Source of the DNA: a virus
Lineage: Duplodnaviria; Caudoviricetes
Strand: one strand, 5' to 3'
IMG/VR virus record: IMGVR_UViG_3300022591_000010
Span: 1 to 58,144 of that record
DNA: 58,144 bases
In this document: piece by piece, positions 26,635-36,025 of the stretch
Layout: the number at the start of each line of letters is the position of its first letter
Numbering within the stretch: the stretch's first letter is position 1
The notes under the pieces: model-generated
Databases searched by the model: none
What the model saw: only the letters and a program-made list of their open reading frames with translations
What the model was told of the DNA's origin: nothing
Translations under genes and position numbers: made by a program

Positions 26635-27543
26635 TTACTTACCGTTGACAATCACGGAACTAGTAGCAGAAGAGCAAGGGTTGGTGTACACAGGCACGCC
26701 CTTATCAATTCCCTTAGAAATTACCTGTTGCCATACCTGCATACAGACAGATTGCAACTCAGAGGCAGTCATACCTGCTGCTGCAGAAGCGGCTGTCTTA
26801 AGACCCTGTGCTTCAATCAAACGACGTTGCGCTTCGATTGTTGCAGTCTTTGTTGCCTCTTGAGCAATACGGGTAGCCTGTTGTTGGCTTGCATACAGCG
26901 AGATTGTAGAAGCAGTAGCAGCGTCAGGTTCTACTGAGCGCATGCTTACAGTGTCTACGGTAATTCCGTAAGGAATCAACTGTTTGTTGAGTTGGATACG
27001 AATATCCTCTGCAACCTTGTCACGGTTAGAAATAGCGTCCAAGTTACCCGTTACTGAGTAAATCTGACCTACAGCCTGACGAAGGTTAGGAAGAACGATG
27101 TTATCGCTAATCGCATTCAAGTCTCCTGTGCGAGACTGGTAGTAAAGTTTTTCAGCGTCTTGCTTTTCTACACGCCAACGAGCCGCAATTTCTACGGACA
27201 TCTGTCCAGCATCTGCAGTACGAGCGATTACCTTTTCGTTGCCTGTTAGTTGAACTGTGAGAGGACGAATGGGGTATTCCTCAACGTTTGTCCAAGGCGC
27301 AACAAAGTGAATGCCGTTATCTAGCGGCTTACCAACGTGCCCAAAAGACACAGGTACGCCTACTTGCGTGGCCTGTACGACCGTGAAACTGCTAAAAAAC
27401 AATCCAATGATTCCAATTACCAATGCACCCAAAGAGACTCCAGTCCCAATGGCTTTAAGGTCGGTGTCGGTTGATTTGCGTGAGTAAGGAAGACCAATTA
27501 GGCCGCCCAAGATAAGTAGAACAAGAATAATTGCCATTACCAT
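26635..27543 (-). CDS. SPFH/Band-7 (prohibitin) membrane protein
   Basis: TM segments, then FTVV...VGVPVSFG...GIHFVAPW and a coiled-coil tail. Confidence 0.9.
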   Translation of the reverse strand: MVMAIILVLLILGGLIGLPYSRKSTDTDLKAIGTGVSLGALVIGIIGLFFSSFTVVQATQVGVPVSFGHVGKPLDNGIHFVAPWTNVEEYPIRPLTVQLTGNEKVIARTADAGQMSVEIAARWRVEKQDAEKLYYQSRTGDLNAISDNIVLPNLRQAVGQIYSVTGNLDAISNRDKVAEDIRIQLNKQLIPYGITVDTVSMRSVEPDAATASTISLYASQQQATRIAQEATKTATIEAQRRLIEAQGLKTAASAAAGMTASELQSVCMQVWQQVISKGIDKGVPVYTNPCSSATSSVIVNGK

Positions 27544-27589
27544 TTGTATTCTCCGATTTAGTTAGTGTACGGGTGGTGGTTCAGTGAAA

Positions 27590-27618
27590 CTGTATACACA
27601 TAAAACAAGTTACGCAAG
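27590..27618 (-). promoter_or_regulatory. Sigma70-type promoter for the SPFH gene
   Basis: TTGCGT-17 bp-TACAGT on the minus strand. Confidence 0.5.
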
Positions 27619-27704
27619 TTTAATCTTTTTGATTAAGGCTGAAAAGAAAAATAATTCCAGCAAGTACTAACAGGAATACTCCTATGTTTATCGTAATAAT
27701 TTTA

Positions 27705-28673
27705 TTACCCCTTAATAGCGGACTCTCCGAATACGGAATGTTTTGACCCCCCTATACAATAGTGTACCAAATCTTCTGGCATATCGCCAATATCTTTGAA
27801 TTCACTATCCTGATAGTTTAGGAACCAACATTCCATACCTTCTTTACGGGTACGGCTGAGAAGATCTACCGCTGCTTTATTACCGGCAGCATCGTTATCC
27901 ATAGCAATGATCAGCTTGTCCGCCTGCTTCATAAGCTGAACCTGCTCGTTACTTACAGAAGCTCCAAAGGTTGAGACGCCTCCTGCAATTCCCAATGATC
28001 CTAGGCGTACGGCATCCAAAGGAGACTCTACTACGATCATAGTTCCTCCCTTGAATACATCTAGACCAAACAAAGTCTTTGACTTAGCTACGCCGGTAGG
28101 ACGATTGCGGAACAATCGCTGAGTCTGACTCTTCTCCTGCCAGCCCATAAGCTTGTGAGATTGTGGGCTACGGATAGGTGTGATCCAGGAGTTGGTTGCA
28201 GGGTTCCACTTAACCCCATAGAGTACACAGCCATCCTCGTTCAACCCTCTAGCAGATAAAGCCCACTCAGGAGGAAGTGCGTCGAAAATCGACAGACGTG
28301 CTTCGCTCATACCTACGGGAGCTGGGATAGGTACGTAGGATGTACGAGCCTCTTCCAACTGACGAGCAAGATATTCGAAGTTAACCTCGATGTTATTTCT
28401 AAGCCACTCTTTGGCAGCATCGAAGTCAATGATTCCCCACTGAGTAGTGAACTCTTTAAGTTCAGCAACTAAGGTTAGAAGTGTTCCTTTGTAGCCACAA
28501 GAGAAGCAATGATGAACTCCAGTCTCAGCATTCATAGACCACGAAGGGTTGTTGTCTTGCTGACCGGTACGCTCTAAGTGCATAGGGCATAGACCAAGAA
28601 GCTCGTCGCCTCTTTGGTTTGTTTCAATACCCAGCGTAAGCAGCACGCCTTCTACTGAACCCTCTGAATACAT
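27705..28673 (-). CDS. dnaG: DNA primase (CHC2 Zn finger plus TOPRIM)
   Basis: CPMH...HCFSC; VVESPLD; DNDAAG; KDIGD. Confidence 0.9.
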   Translation of the reverse strand: MYSEGSVEGVLLTLGIETNQRGDELLGLCPMHLERTGQQDNNPSWSMNAETGVHHCFSCGYKGTLLTLVAELKEFTTQWGIIDFDAAKEWLRNNIEVNFEYLARQLEEARTSYVPIPAPVGMSEARLSIFDALPPEWALSARGLNEDGCVLYGVKWNPATNSWITPIRSPQSHKLMGWQEKSQTQRLFRNRPTGVAKSKTLFGLDVFKGGTMIVVESPLDAVRLGSLGIAGGVSTFGASVSNEQVQLMKQADKLIIAMDNDAAGNKAAVDLLSRTRKEGMECWFLNYQDSEFKDIGDMPEDLVHYCIGGSKHSVFGESAIKG

Positions 28674-28858
28674 TAGTCCTCCTTCAAATAACCTGGCTTG
28701 TCTATAGGTGTGGGCGCTGTGGCCTTAGAGCCACAGAGCGCACACTCCATCTCCGTGAAGTACATAGAGATCTCGTAGTCCTCAAACATTGCATGAAGAA
28801 TCCAAAGCTTGGAACCACAGATACATACGTGAATAGGATCTCCTCTTAGATCCATCAC
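28673..28858 (-). CDS. Small Zn-ribbon protein
   Basis: CICGS...CALCGS. Confidence 0.65.
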   Translation of the reverse strand: MMDLRGDPIHVCICGSKLWILHAMFEDYEISMYFTEMECALCGSKATAPTPIDKPGYLKED

Positions 28859-29109
28859 TTCTTTTTCCTTCGTAACATTAGGCGACGCTCACGAGGAGTA
28901 GTACCGCCCCATACGCCTTCGTTTTCTCTATTAGCTACTGCATAGGATAAACACTTTGTATTTAACCAGCAGTCTCCACAGATGCTCTTAGCCTTAGCTA
29001 CAGATTCTTCTGTGTACTCTTCCGGGTAAAAGATATCCGTATCATACATGGAACAAAGCTGAGTCCCATCAAATGGACTGGATACCTGAAAAGGCTGCAT
29101 ACTCTTCAA
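28855..29109 (-). CDS. whiB: Second WhiB-family regulator
   Basis: C...FYP...AKSICGDC...CL...GVWGGTTPRER. Confidence 0.9.
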   Translation of the reverse strand: MKSMQPFQVSSPFDGTQLCSMYDTDIFYPEEYTEESVAKAKSICGDCWLNTKCLSYAVANRENEGVWGGTTPRERRLMLRRKKK

Positions 29110-30304
29110 AACGACCCTCCTCCCAATCCCACAGTAGATCTGTGGATCCCATTCCTGAAATACGACTTGCTGCCACTGTTAGAGAACGAGAGCTATCGTC
29201 CTCTTCATCTTGACGCTGCAGAACTAGAACGATGTCTGAATCCTGTAAGAATGATGACGTGTAACCAATAGAGTCAGCAGTCACCTTTCCACCGCGCATC
29301 TTAGATCGCAGAGTTTGAGTACTGACTACAACTGGAATATCATACCGTTGAGCCACACGCTTCATACCACGAGTAAGGCTACGAAGTGAACGCTCTGACT
29401 CTGTTTCGCCAGTCTCTTCATCAAACATAAGATACATACCGTCAACGAACAAGATGTCAGGTTGGTACTTCTCTACCTTTGCACAGAGACCGGTGATAGT
29501 TCTAGAAGCCACTGTGTCCGGCATCCAGAAATCATCACGATCAATAGCTAGGTGTGCGAGAAAGCTCTTCTCTTCATCTGGGTTCAACGAGCTGGTGATC
29601 AAACGCTTGTGCGATATGTGAGAACGCATAGCATCATAGCGAGTCTTCATTTCACGAGCAGTCATCTCAAACGACTGGAACATGACACGCTGGTTCTCAT
29701 CCTGAGCCTTGATAGCCATCTGCATTGCAAGCACTGACTTACCTGTCTTAGGAGGAGCAGCGATTGTCCAGAGCTGTTGCTTCATGACACCAGAAGTAAT
29801 GTCGTCAATGGTTTTAAAACTAGTAGATAAACCGAGTAGACCGTTAGGACGAGTCTTGATAGACATGTACTCGTCATAGCGCTCCATAGGATTATCGCTG
29901 AGGTTTTCATCCAAAGACTCTCGCATGCCGTCGTTCATAAGAACTTGGGCTGCCTGCGCCATAGTCTGCAAAGCAGCGTTGTGATCCTGCTGAGACACAG
30001 CCTGCTGAGCATCCAGTAAAGCATCGATAGTCTTTTGACGCTTACGGTATTCGATCAGCTGGTCTAGCAGATAATCGATACTATCCTCTACAGCAAGAAG
30101 CGTGTAGGTAGGGAAGTTATCCTTAAACGTTACCGCTGTAGGAACTTCTCCATACTTCTCGTTGTGCTTGACAATAAACTTCCACACCTGACGGTTCAAG
30201 TCATTAAAGAACCAGTCGTCTTGAACACCGCACTCAATAAGCGGCTTGATGTTTCTGTCTCGAATAGCCTTGGATAACAAGCGCTCTTCATTATTTGCTG
30301 CCAT
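29069..30304 (-). CDS. dnaB: DnaB-like replicative helicase
   Basis: AAPPKTGKS, SFEM, FVDGMYLM, STQ, QDSD. Confidence 0.9.
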   Translation of the reverse strand: MAANNEERLLSKAIRDRNIKPLIECGVQDDWFFNDLNRQVWKFIVKHNEKYGEVPTAVTFKDNFPTYTLLAVEDSIDYLLDQLIEYRKRQKTIDALLDAQQAVSQQDHNAALQTMAQAAQVLMNDGMRESLDENLSDNPMERYDEYMSIKTRPNGLLGLSTSFKTIDDITSGVMKQQLWTIAAPPKTGKSVLAMQMAIKAQDENQRVMFQSFEMTAREMKTRYDAMRSHISHKRLITSSLNPDEEKSFLAHLAIDRDDFWMPDTVASRTITGLCAKVEKYQPDILFVDGMYLMFDEETGETESERSLRSLTRGMKRVAQRYDIPVVVSTQTLRSKMRGGKVTADSIGYTSSFLQDSDIVLVLQRQDEEDDSSRSLTVAASRISGMGSTDLLWDWEEGRFEEYAAFSGIQSI

Positions 30305-30707
30305 ATGTCGCCCCCTCTTCTAAATACCAATGCCCATACCGCAATCCACGACTAGGCATATCGATAACATATTTTACTTCTGGCCTATACGGAAGCTCCG
30401 CTACAAGATCGGAGACTACGTTGTAAGCTTTTGAATAGTTAAACGGGTTTGTACCCAGGTTGTCCAAGTCTTCTAGGACTTGGTCCATTTCTTTTTGAGA
30501 ACGTTCGAAGCCAACCAGTTCAAGAACATAGTCGTTCTTTTCTCTGAAGCGCCAGAAGTGCGCAAGCGCTTGTCGATCATAGGTAACTTCCTGATACGGA
30601 ACACGAAGACCCAGAACCTTATTAACCTTAGGTTCAATCTTGAGTAGGCAATCAACCGCAACCAATACTCTTTTAGGAACTTCATTTGAAATATCGCCCC
30701 CCTTCAT
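30291..30707 (-). CDS. Hypothetical protein, possibly a degenerate HAD fold
   Basis: VLVAVDCLL...LELVGF...YVID strand pattern. Confidence 0.4.
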   Translation of the reverse strand: MKGGDISNEVPKRVLVAVDCLLKIEPKVNKVLGLRVPYQEVTYDRQALAHFWRFREKNDYVLELVGFERSQKEMDQVLEDLDNLGTNPFNYSKAYNVVSDLVAELPYRPEVKYVIDMPSRGLRYGHWYLEEGATYGSK

Positions 30708-30709
30708 AA

Positions 30710-31006
30710 TTAAAGCGCTTCGATTTTGCCGTAGTTGACGAGCAACTCTCTAAACGCTATAGGATCTTCACTAGCCATAAGACTCTGATCCTTATCTACA
30801 CGGTTCGATACTTCTACTGGATAGATGCCACCGTTCTTGTCCATCTTAGTTTGGACAAAACGAGTATGCTTACAAGAAGCACGGGTCTCAAACCCCGGAC
30901 AATTGCAACGCAACTTATGACTGTTGTTGTTAACATGCACTTCATGAACACCTGTGTCAGATAAAAAAATCTGAGTAATCATCCAGTTCAATGTCTTCTC
31001 TTTCAT
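30710..31006 (-). CDS. SWIM zinc-finger protein
   Basis: CNCPGF...CKH. Confidence 0.8.
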   Translation of the reverse strand: MKEKTLNWMITQIFLSDTGVHEVHVNNNSHKLRCNCPGFETRASCKHTRFVQTKMDKNGGIYPVEVSNRVDKDQSLMASEDPIAFRELLVNYGKIEAL

Positions 31007-31644
31007 TTGCGTCGATCCCCCATCTCCGATTCTACAGCAACTGATACGAAAGCTTCATGCGCAAAGCTTTCCATTGGTTCTCCGTATGTGACTCTCCACT
31101 TGCTTAGCGGTACATTTGTAGTTACGATTGTTGGTAAGCCTGCATTAAATCTTGCACGTAATAGTGCATCAAATGTATTCTCTGACCAACCTGTTTGAGT
31201 TCGATACTCTTTTCCCAAGTCATCTAGAACAAAAAGTGGTATAGAGAACTTTGCATCACCAAAGATTTCTTTAACCTTCTCCTTGAGATCTCGATCTGTC
31301 CAAGACTCTTTCTCCATCCGTAGGAACTTTGGGTAGTCCATAAATACCCCCGGCTGGGAGGAAGAAAAGGACATGGTCCTAATTAGGCTTTGAAGGGCCA
31401 CAGAAGCCAGTGTAGTCTTGCCGTGACCTGGTTCCCCTACCAATAGGAGTCCGAGGCCGCTAGAGGGGCTTCCAGGGCTTTTAATGACCACTCCAGATTG
31501 GACTGTACTGACCCAAGATTCTGTAACCGACTTTGCCTTAGAATCGTCTAGGTCTGAGAACTCCATACCCAAGGTCTTCATAGGTACCTCGGCACGCAGG
31601 AGAGCGTGCTTGACAGTAGGTGACTCTTTGCTGATGTCGTACAT
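31003..31644 (-). CDS. DnaC/IstB-like AAA+ helicase loader
   Basis: GEPGHGKT, LDDLGKE, R....LPTIVTTN. Confidence 0.9.
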   Translation of the reverse strand: MYDISKESPTVKHALLRAEVPMKTLGMEFSDLDDSKAKSVTESWVSTVQSGVVIKSPGSPSSGLGLLLVGEPGHGKTTLASVALQSLIRTMSFSSSQPGVFMDYPKFLRMEKESWTDRDLKEKVKEIFGDAKFSIPLFVLDDLGKEYRTQTGWSENTFDALLRARFNAGLPTIVTTNVPLSKWRVTYGEPMESFAHEAFVSVAVESEMGDRRK

Positions 31645-32549
31645 TACTTGCCTCCTCCTAGTAACTTGAGCATCTTCTCTTGATGAGCTAAGAATGCTTC
31701 ATCTTCATAAACAACCTTTTCCTCTGTAAGAGTCTTTCCTTCTACGCTTTGATAGAACCCGATGAACTTACGCCACAGAGGAGCCCCTACTCCCGCACCG
31801 TTTAAGTTGCGAGGATCTTCAAAGAACATTCTGATCGCTGCGAGGATGTGAAGTCTTGTAGACCCATTGCCTACAGCCTTGTTAATCCAGATAGCTAACT
31901 GCTGAGTATTCAACTGCATCGTTAGATGTCCGGCAGAGCTGTTGTTAAGCAGCGAGGAGAACTCTGAGACTAGGTCCTTGGTGTTCCACTCTTCCTCAGG
32001 CTTGTTGCTGCGGTGATCTACAGAGGCTGTGCTCAAACCTTTACCGCCGTACTTAGCCTTCCGCATAGCAACCTTGTCCTGAATCTTACCTACGGATCCT
32101 GGAGCCTCATCTACTTCGCCGCGAACCTTCGCTGGCTTCTCTTCTTCCCCATCAAGATTCCAAGGCATCTCAGCTCCTTCCTCATTCGAGGACGCAGTCC
32201 TCGTTATAGTAGAAGTACGAAGTACTTCTACTATAGGTTTACTATTAGTAGTATTACTATAGTCAAACAAGAGCCCTGAAAATCCGGTATTCAGAACTTT
32301 AGGGTTAGACATTATTGCCTCTTTTGTAAACTTCATGACACTGATCCATTTGGTGCCGTTCCACTCTCGTGTGGTTCGGATATACCCGGCTCGTCGTAGC
32401 TCATTTATGGCAGCCTGAATAGCGTCACGCCCCTCAGGCATGACGGCAGACATTTCATCGGCTGATACTGGACGACCCAGTTCAGAATAGAACGCAAAGA
32501 TTCCCTTAGCCCGTGCAGAAAGATACGGGTTTGAGTATGGTGATTTCAT
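31644..32549 (-). CDS. Replication initiator protein (N-terminal winged HTH)
   Basis: LSARAKGIF...EGRDAIQAAINELRRAGYI; directly upstream of the helicase loader, as in lambda O/P-like modules. Confidence 0.75.
   Translation of the reverse strand: MKSPYSNPYLSARAKGIFAFYSELGRPVSADEMSAVMPEGRDAIQAAINELRRAGYIRTTREWNGTKWISVMKFTKEAIMSNPKVLNTGFSGLLFDYSNTTNSKPIVEVLRTSTITRTASSNEEGAEMPWNLDGEEEKPAKVRGEVDEAPGSVGKIQDKVAMRKAKYGGKGLSTASVDHRSNKPEEEWNTKDLVSEFSSLLNNSSAGHLTMQLNTQQLAIWINKAVGNGSTRLHILAAIRMFFEDPRNLNGAGVGAPLWRKFIGFYQSVEGKTLTEEKVVYEDEAFLAHQEKMLKLLGGGK
32187..32265. other. Candidate replication origin: two tandem perfect hairpins plus an AT-rich tract inside the initiator gene
   Basis: CGAGGAC-GCA-GTCCTCG and TATAGTAGAAGTAC-GAA-GTACTTCTACTATA, followed by AT-rich TACTA/TAGTA repeats. 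Confidence 0.55.
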
Positions 32550-32552
32550 TTT

Positions 32553-32577
32553 CCCCCCTTTATAAATATTCTACCGC
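32553..32577 (-). promoter_or_regulatory. Variant copy 5 of the conserved promoter, upstream of the initiator
   Basis: GCGG-TAGAAT-ATTTATAAAGGGGGG. Confidence 0.65.
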
Positions 32578-32837
32578 GGAGGTATGCGCTTTGGCAAATC
32601 TCCTTTTGGTAGGCCCGTAAAGATCTGTTCTACTAAGAGGGACAGCGTGAGCCCTATGAAAGTAGACGACAGCATGTACGGTATTAAATGTCTCAACCCC
32701 ACATTGAGAGTTAGACAAAACACGATACTAAGTCCAATACCCAATAGGCCTCGCCATTTGCCAATAGAAAGTAGAAATGCTTCCACCGCAGACAAGATGC
32801 ATGCGGTAGCTAAAGCAGAAATTAATATAGTGTCCAT
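32571..32837 (-). CDS. Small multi-pass membrane protein
   Basis: Three hydrophobic segments. TGTGG-TACAGT lies 7 nt upstream of the ATG (leaderless-like). Confidence 0.7.
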   Translation of the reverse strand: MDTILISALATACILSAVEAFLLSIGKWRGLLGIGLSIVFCLTLNVGLRHLIPYMLSSTFIGLTLSLLVEQIFTGLPKGDLPKRIPPR

Positions 32838-32857
32838 ATAAATTACTGTACCACAGA

Positions 32858-35800
32858 CTACTGGCGGAACACAACTCGGTCAAGATCGAAAGCTTGACCA
32901 GCAGCAAATGATGTAGGTGTGCAAGTAACCGTAAGGATTACATATGCTGCTGCCGAGATATTTCCTACCGCATAGCTGTTAGAGATATACGCCCAACGAG
33001 TAAGCAGAGTAACGCTGGCTGTCTTAGTAGTTGTATAGACCTGGACGTTGTTAGCATCGTAGAACGTAGCAACAAGTGCATAAGTTCCCGCGCCATTTGT
33101 TTCAGGACGTACAGCGATAGATGCTACAAAGTTACTGTTAGGAGTTATGTAAATCTTTCCTGTAGATGTACCAAAAGCTGCGGTTCCATTTACTGTTGTC
33201 ACCTTAGCATAGGCTTGTCCATGGGACACGTTGTCACCAAACAGCGATCCTCTAGAAACTACTCGAGTAAGGGTTGCGTTATTTCCAACCCACGATCCTA
33301 GATCTTTTTCAAAAGATCCGGAAGGTACTAGAGACTCTGTAAGATCTTGGTAGTCATTGTCAGCAACACCCGTTTTAATAGCTGTGGTAGAGCCCATAGG
33401 AGCTACCAAAGGTAGTGTTGCCTTTAGACGAGATGCTTTAAGATTATAGTTGTAGAAGTAGTTTCCTTTAGCCCCGCCAACAGCTTCACCTTGAGTTGCA
33501 TAGATAGTCTTAGCAGCGTTTGTAGGATTGATGATGGTGATGATGTTCGTACCTGTGATAGGTACGTATGGGCTAGGACGACGTCCGTACTCTACCTGTG
33601 CAGCATCAAAGTGGAAGTATGTTCCTGAGTTAACAGAGATCTGGAATACAACTGTAGTGGCACCAGCCGCTAGCTTTTGTACAGTAGAGATTCTGGTCCA
33701 ACCAGTAGCTGCGGTAGCTCCTACGATATAGGAATCTGTTCCGATAGTGTAGGTTGTTGTAGCTCCTCGAACATATACAGAGACAACCACATCTTCTCCA
33801 CCTACTGCTGCCCATGGAAGGTATGCAGTTCCAGTAACAGATCCTGTAGTTGTGTATGCTGCCTTACCCCAGTAGGTTCCGCTAAAGGCAGTGGTGTATC
33901 CGTTATCGCTGGCTGTTCTAGTAACTGTTGTTGTACCAATAGATCCAGCTGCCCAGTCTGAGGTATCCACTTCAAGGGAAGAGTTAGACATGTAGTTAAA
34001 CATGTTGCGTGTTTCCCAACGACAGTTGTTAATATTGTAATAGATAGTTGTCAATGGGTTTGCAGGATCTATCCCGCCGCTTCCAGAGAAGTACGGGCTT
34101 GCAGATTGAGAGCGCTCAAGCAGTGCACCATCTACCCAAAACTTAGTTCCAATAGATGCGCCAGTAACGTAGATAGAGACTTTAGCTAGCGGGTATCCGC
34201 TGTCTTGTCCATATGGAGGAGTAATAGCAGTTACAGAGATTTGCTTAGTAGCAGTTGTGGATAGCGTTACTGCTGTAGAGCTAGCCGAGTAGATGCTGGT
34301 TGGGTAGTACTGACCGTTAGTATCTGTAGAGATTGTTGTTTGGGCAGAGCTACTTGCTTGGCTAGAGAACTCGATTAACGCTGTAGCGCTTAAGGCTGCG
34401 CTTCCCATTACATAACCACTAAAGGTGTATGTAGCATTAGGATCCACAGCAATCCAGTCTGAAACAAATGCTGCTGTTCCAGCCACAGTAGATGTAAGCA
34501 GACCGGCGTTAGTTCCGTGAACTACAGCCGCTGCCGTAGTAGTATCTGTGCTAAGAGTTCCGTTATATCCAGACCAGGAATGAAGTCCTGATTCAAAGTC
34601 AGGGTTTGGAATAAAATTTTCTTTTTGTCCACGCACGTTGACTCTTACACGCCTAGCATCCTCATACTCAAAGCTCTTAGAGGCTTCAGCTAACTGGAAG
34701 AAGTCAAAGATGTAGGCGCTAGATGTTCCGGCACTAGGAGTTACGGTAATCGTTACCGTAGCAAAGTACGCATTGATTGGAGAAAGCTTTCCGTTTCTTC
34801 CTGAGTCAGAGCTGCTAGTAAACTCTTGCCATAAAGTAGTTGTAGTCGTTGCGGTCGGCGCTGTGGTTGTAGAGATAGTATTTGAGTATCTATCTTTCCA
34901 AGTAATCGTAGTAGAGACTGTAGCAGAAGTATTAAGGTGCTGCACCCATCCGCTAAATACATATCTAGTATTAGCTTTAATAGGGATAGGAACAGAGCCA
35001 GTAATAGTTACTGCAGTTGTAGCTGCAGTTGTAAGCTTTGCATATCCCGCTTTACGAGGAACAGTAGTTAAATCGTACAGAACGTTTGTAGGGGGCTGAG
35101 GAGTAGTAGGAGATACTGGATAAGCAAGAGATGCCCAGGTTCCGCTGCTTGCTGTCCATGTTCCTACAGACTCTTCAAAAGAAGAATCGTTATAGTCTAG
35201 AAGTACATTGTGTCCTGTAGTTATGTTATTGTTCCAGTGAGTCAAGCCGTTTGTATATAGGTTAATCGCTGTAGCAGTTCCACGATACTTTCCAATGTAA
35301 TAGCCAAGGCTAGTCAATGATCGGTTATAGCTATCTCCCAAAGACACTTCGTAGTTAAAGCCAAAGTCTAAAACTCTCTGTTCAGAGATAATAGATGGGA
35401 TGTAGTTGCTGTCAGAAATTCTAGCTAGCAGGTCAGCTTCTACTCTAAACATGTCGTAGGTAAGAGAGAAAGCTTCTAGGATCTGTACTAGAGTGTTAGA
35501 TGATTCTGGTTCTCCTAGAGCATCTCCTTGACCAGAAACATTGTTCAGCCATGCTCGTGGAAGCCAAGAAGTTACTCGTGCAAGTGTTCCGTTATCCCCA
35601 ACAATAACAGTTCTAGCTGAGCCGCAGTTAACCCAAACGCCAGTACCACCACTAGTAGCCGTACCAGTAAAAACCCAAAGAGTGTAGGTTACCTCTTTAC
35701 CTGAGTTGGTGTAGTCAATATCTGAATATGACAAAGCAAAGCTAGAGCTAGCTCCGCCATATATTCCACCGGTAACGTATACACCGTCATCAGGGTTGTC

Positions 35801-36013
35801 TAAGCCTCCTACAAAACTCTTAGTAAGCTTCCAATACCAGTTAGAGCCTACAGTTCCATCAGCAGGGTCTTCTTTAAAACGACCCCATGAAACAAGGATA
35901 GTGTTGTAGTCGGAAGAGACAGCTGTGATTCCAGAGTTATAGTAAACACTGATAGCAGTTGTTTCACCATATTTGATTCCGGAACCATATCTACTAGTAC
36001 CGTACTTAGCCAT
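32858..36013 (-). CDS. Large baseplate wedge/tail protein with repeated CBM-like beta-sandwich domains
   Basis: P2 gpI/gp7-like core (WLPRAW...YRGT) followed by NxxFE...W carbohydrate-binding-module repeats. Confidence 0.75.
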   Translation of the reverse strand: MAKYGTSRYGSGIKYGETTAISVYYNSGITAVSSDYNTILVSWGRFKEDPADGTVGSNWYWKLTKSFVGGLDNPDDGVYVTGGIYGGASSSFALSYSDIDYTNSGKEVTYTLWVFTGTATSGGTGVWVNCGSARTVIVGDNGTLARVTSWLPRAWLNNVSGQGDALGEPESSNTLVQILEAFSLTYDMFRVEADLLARISDSNYIPSIISEQRVLDFGFNYEVSLGDSYNRSLTSLGYYIGKYRGTATAINLYTNGLTHWNNNITTGHNVLLDYNDSSFEESVGTWTASSGTWASLAYPVSPTTPQPPTNVLYDLTTVPRKAGYAKLTTAATTAVTITGSVPIPIKANTRYVFSGWVQHLNTSATVSTTITWKDRYSNTISTTTAPTATTTTTLWQEFTSSSDSGRNGKLSPINAYFATVTITVTPSAGTSSAYIFDFFQLAEASKSFEYEDARRVRVNVRGQKENFIPNPDFESGLHSWSGYNGTLSTDTTTAAAVVHGTNAGLLTSTVAGTAAFVSDWIAVDPNATYTFSGYVMGSAALSATALIEFSSQASSSAQTTISTDTNGQYYPTSIYSASSTAVTLSTTATKQISVTAITPPYGQDSGYPLAKVSIYVTGASIGTKFWVDGALLERSQSASPYFSGSGGIDPANPLTTIYYNINNCRWETRNMFNYMSNSSLEVDTSDWAAGSIGTTTVTRTASDNGYTTAFSGTYWGKAAYTTTGSVTGTAYLPWAAVGGEDVVVSVYVRGATTTYTIGTDSYIVGATAATGWTRISTVQKLAAGATTVVFQISVNSGTYFHFDAAQVEYGRRPSPYVPITGTNIITIINPTNAAKTIYATQGEAVGGAKGNYFYNYNLKASRLKATLPLVAPMGSTTAIKTGVADNDYQDLTESLVPSGSFEKDLGSWVGNNATLTRVVSRGSLFGDNVSHGQAYAKVTTVNGTAAFGTSTGKIYITPNSNFVASIAVRPETNGAGTYALVATFYDANNVQVYTTTKTASVTLLTRWAYISNSYAVGNISAAAYVILTVTCTPTSFAAGQAFDLDRVVFRQ

Positions 36014-36025
36014 TTATTACTCCTT

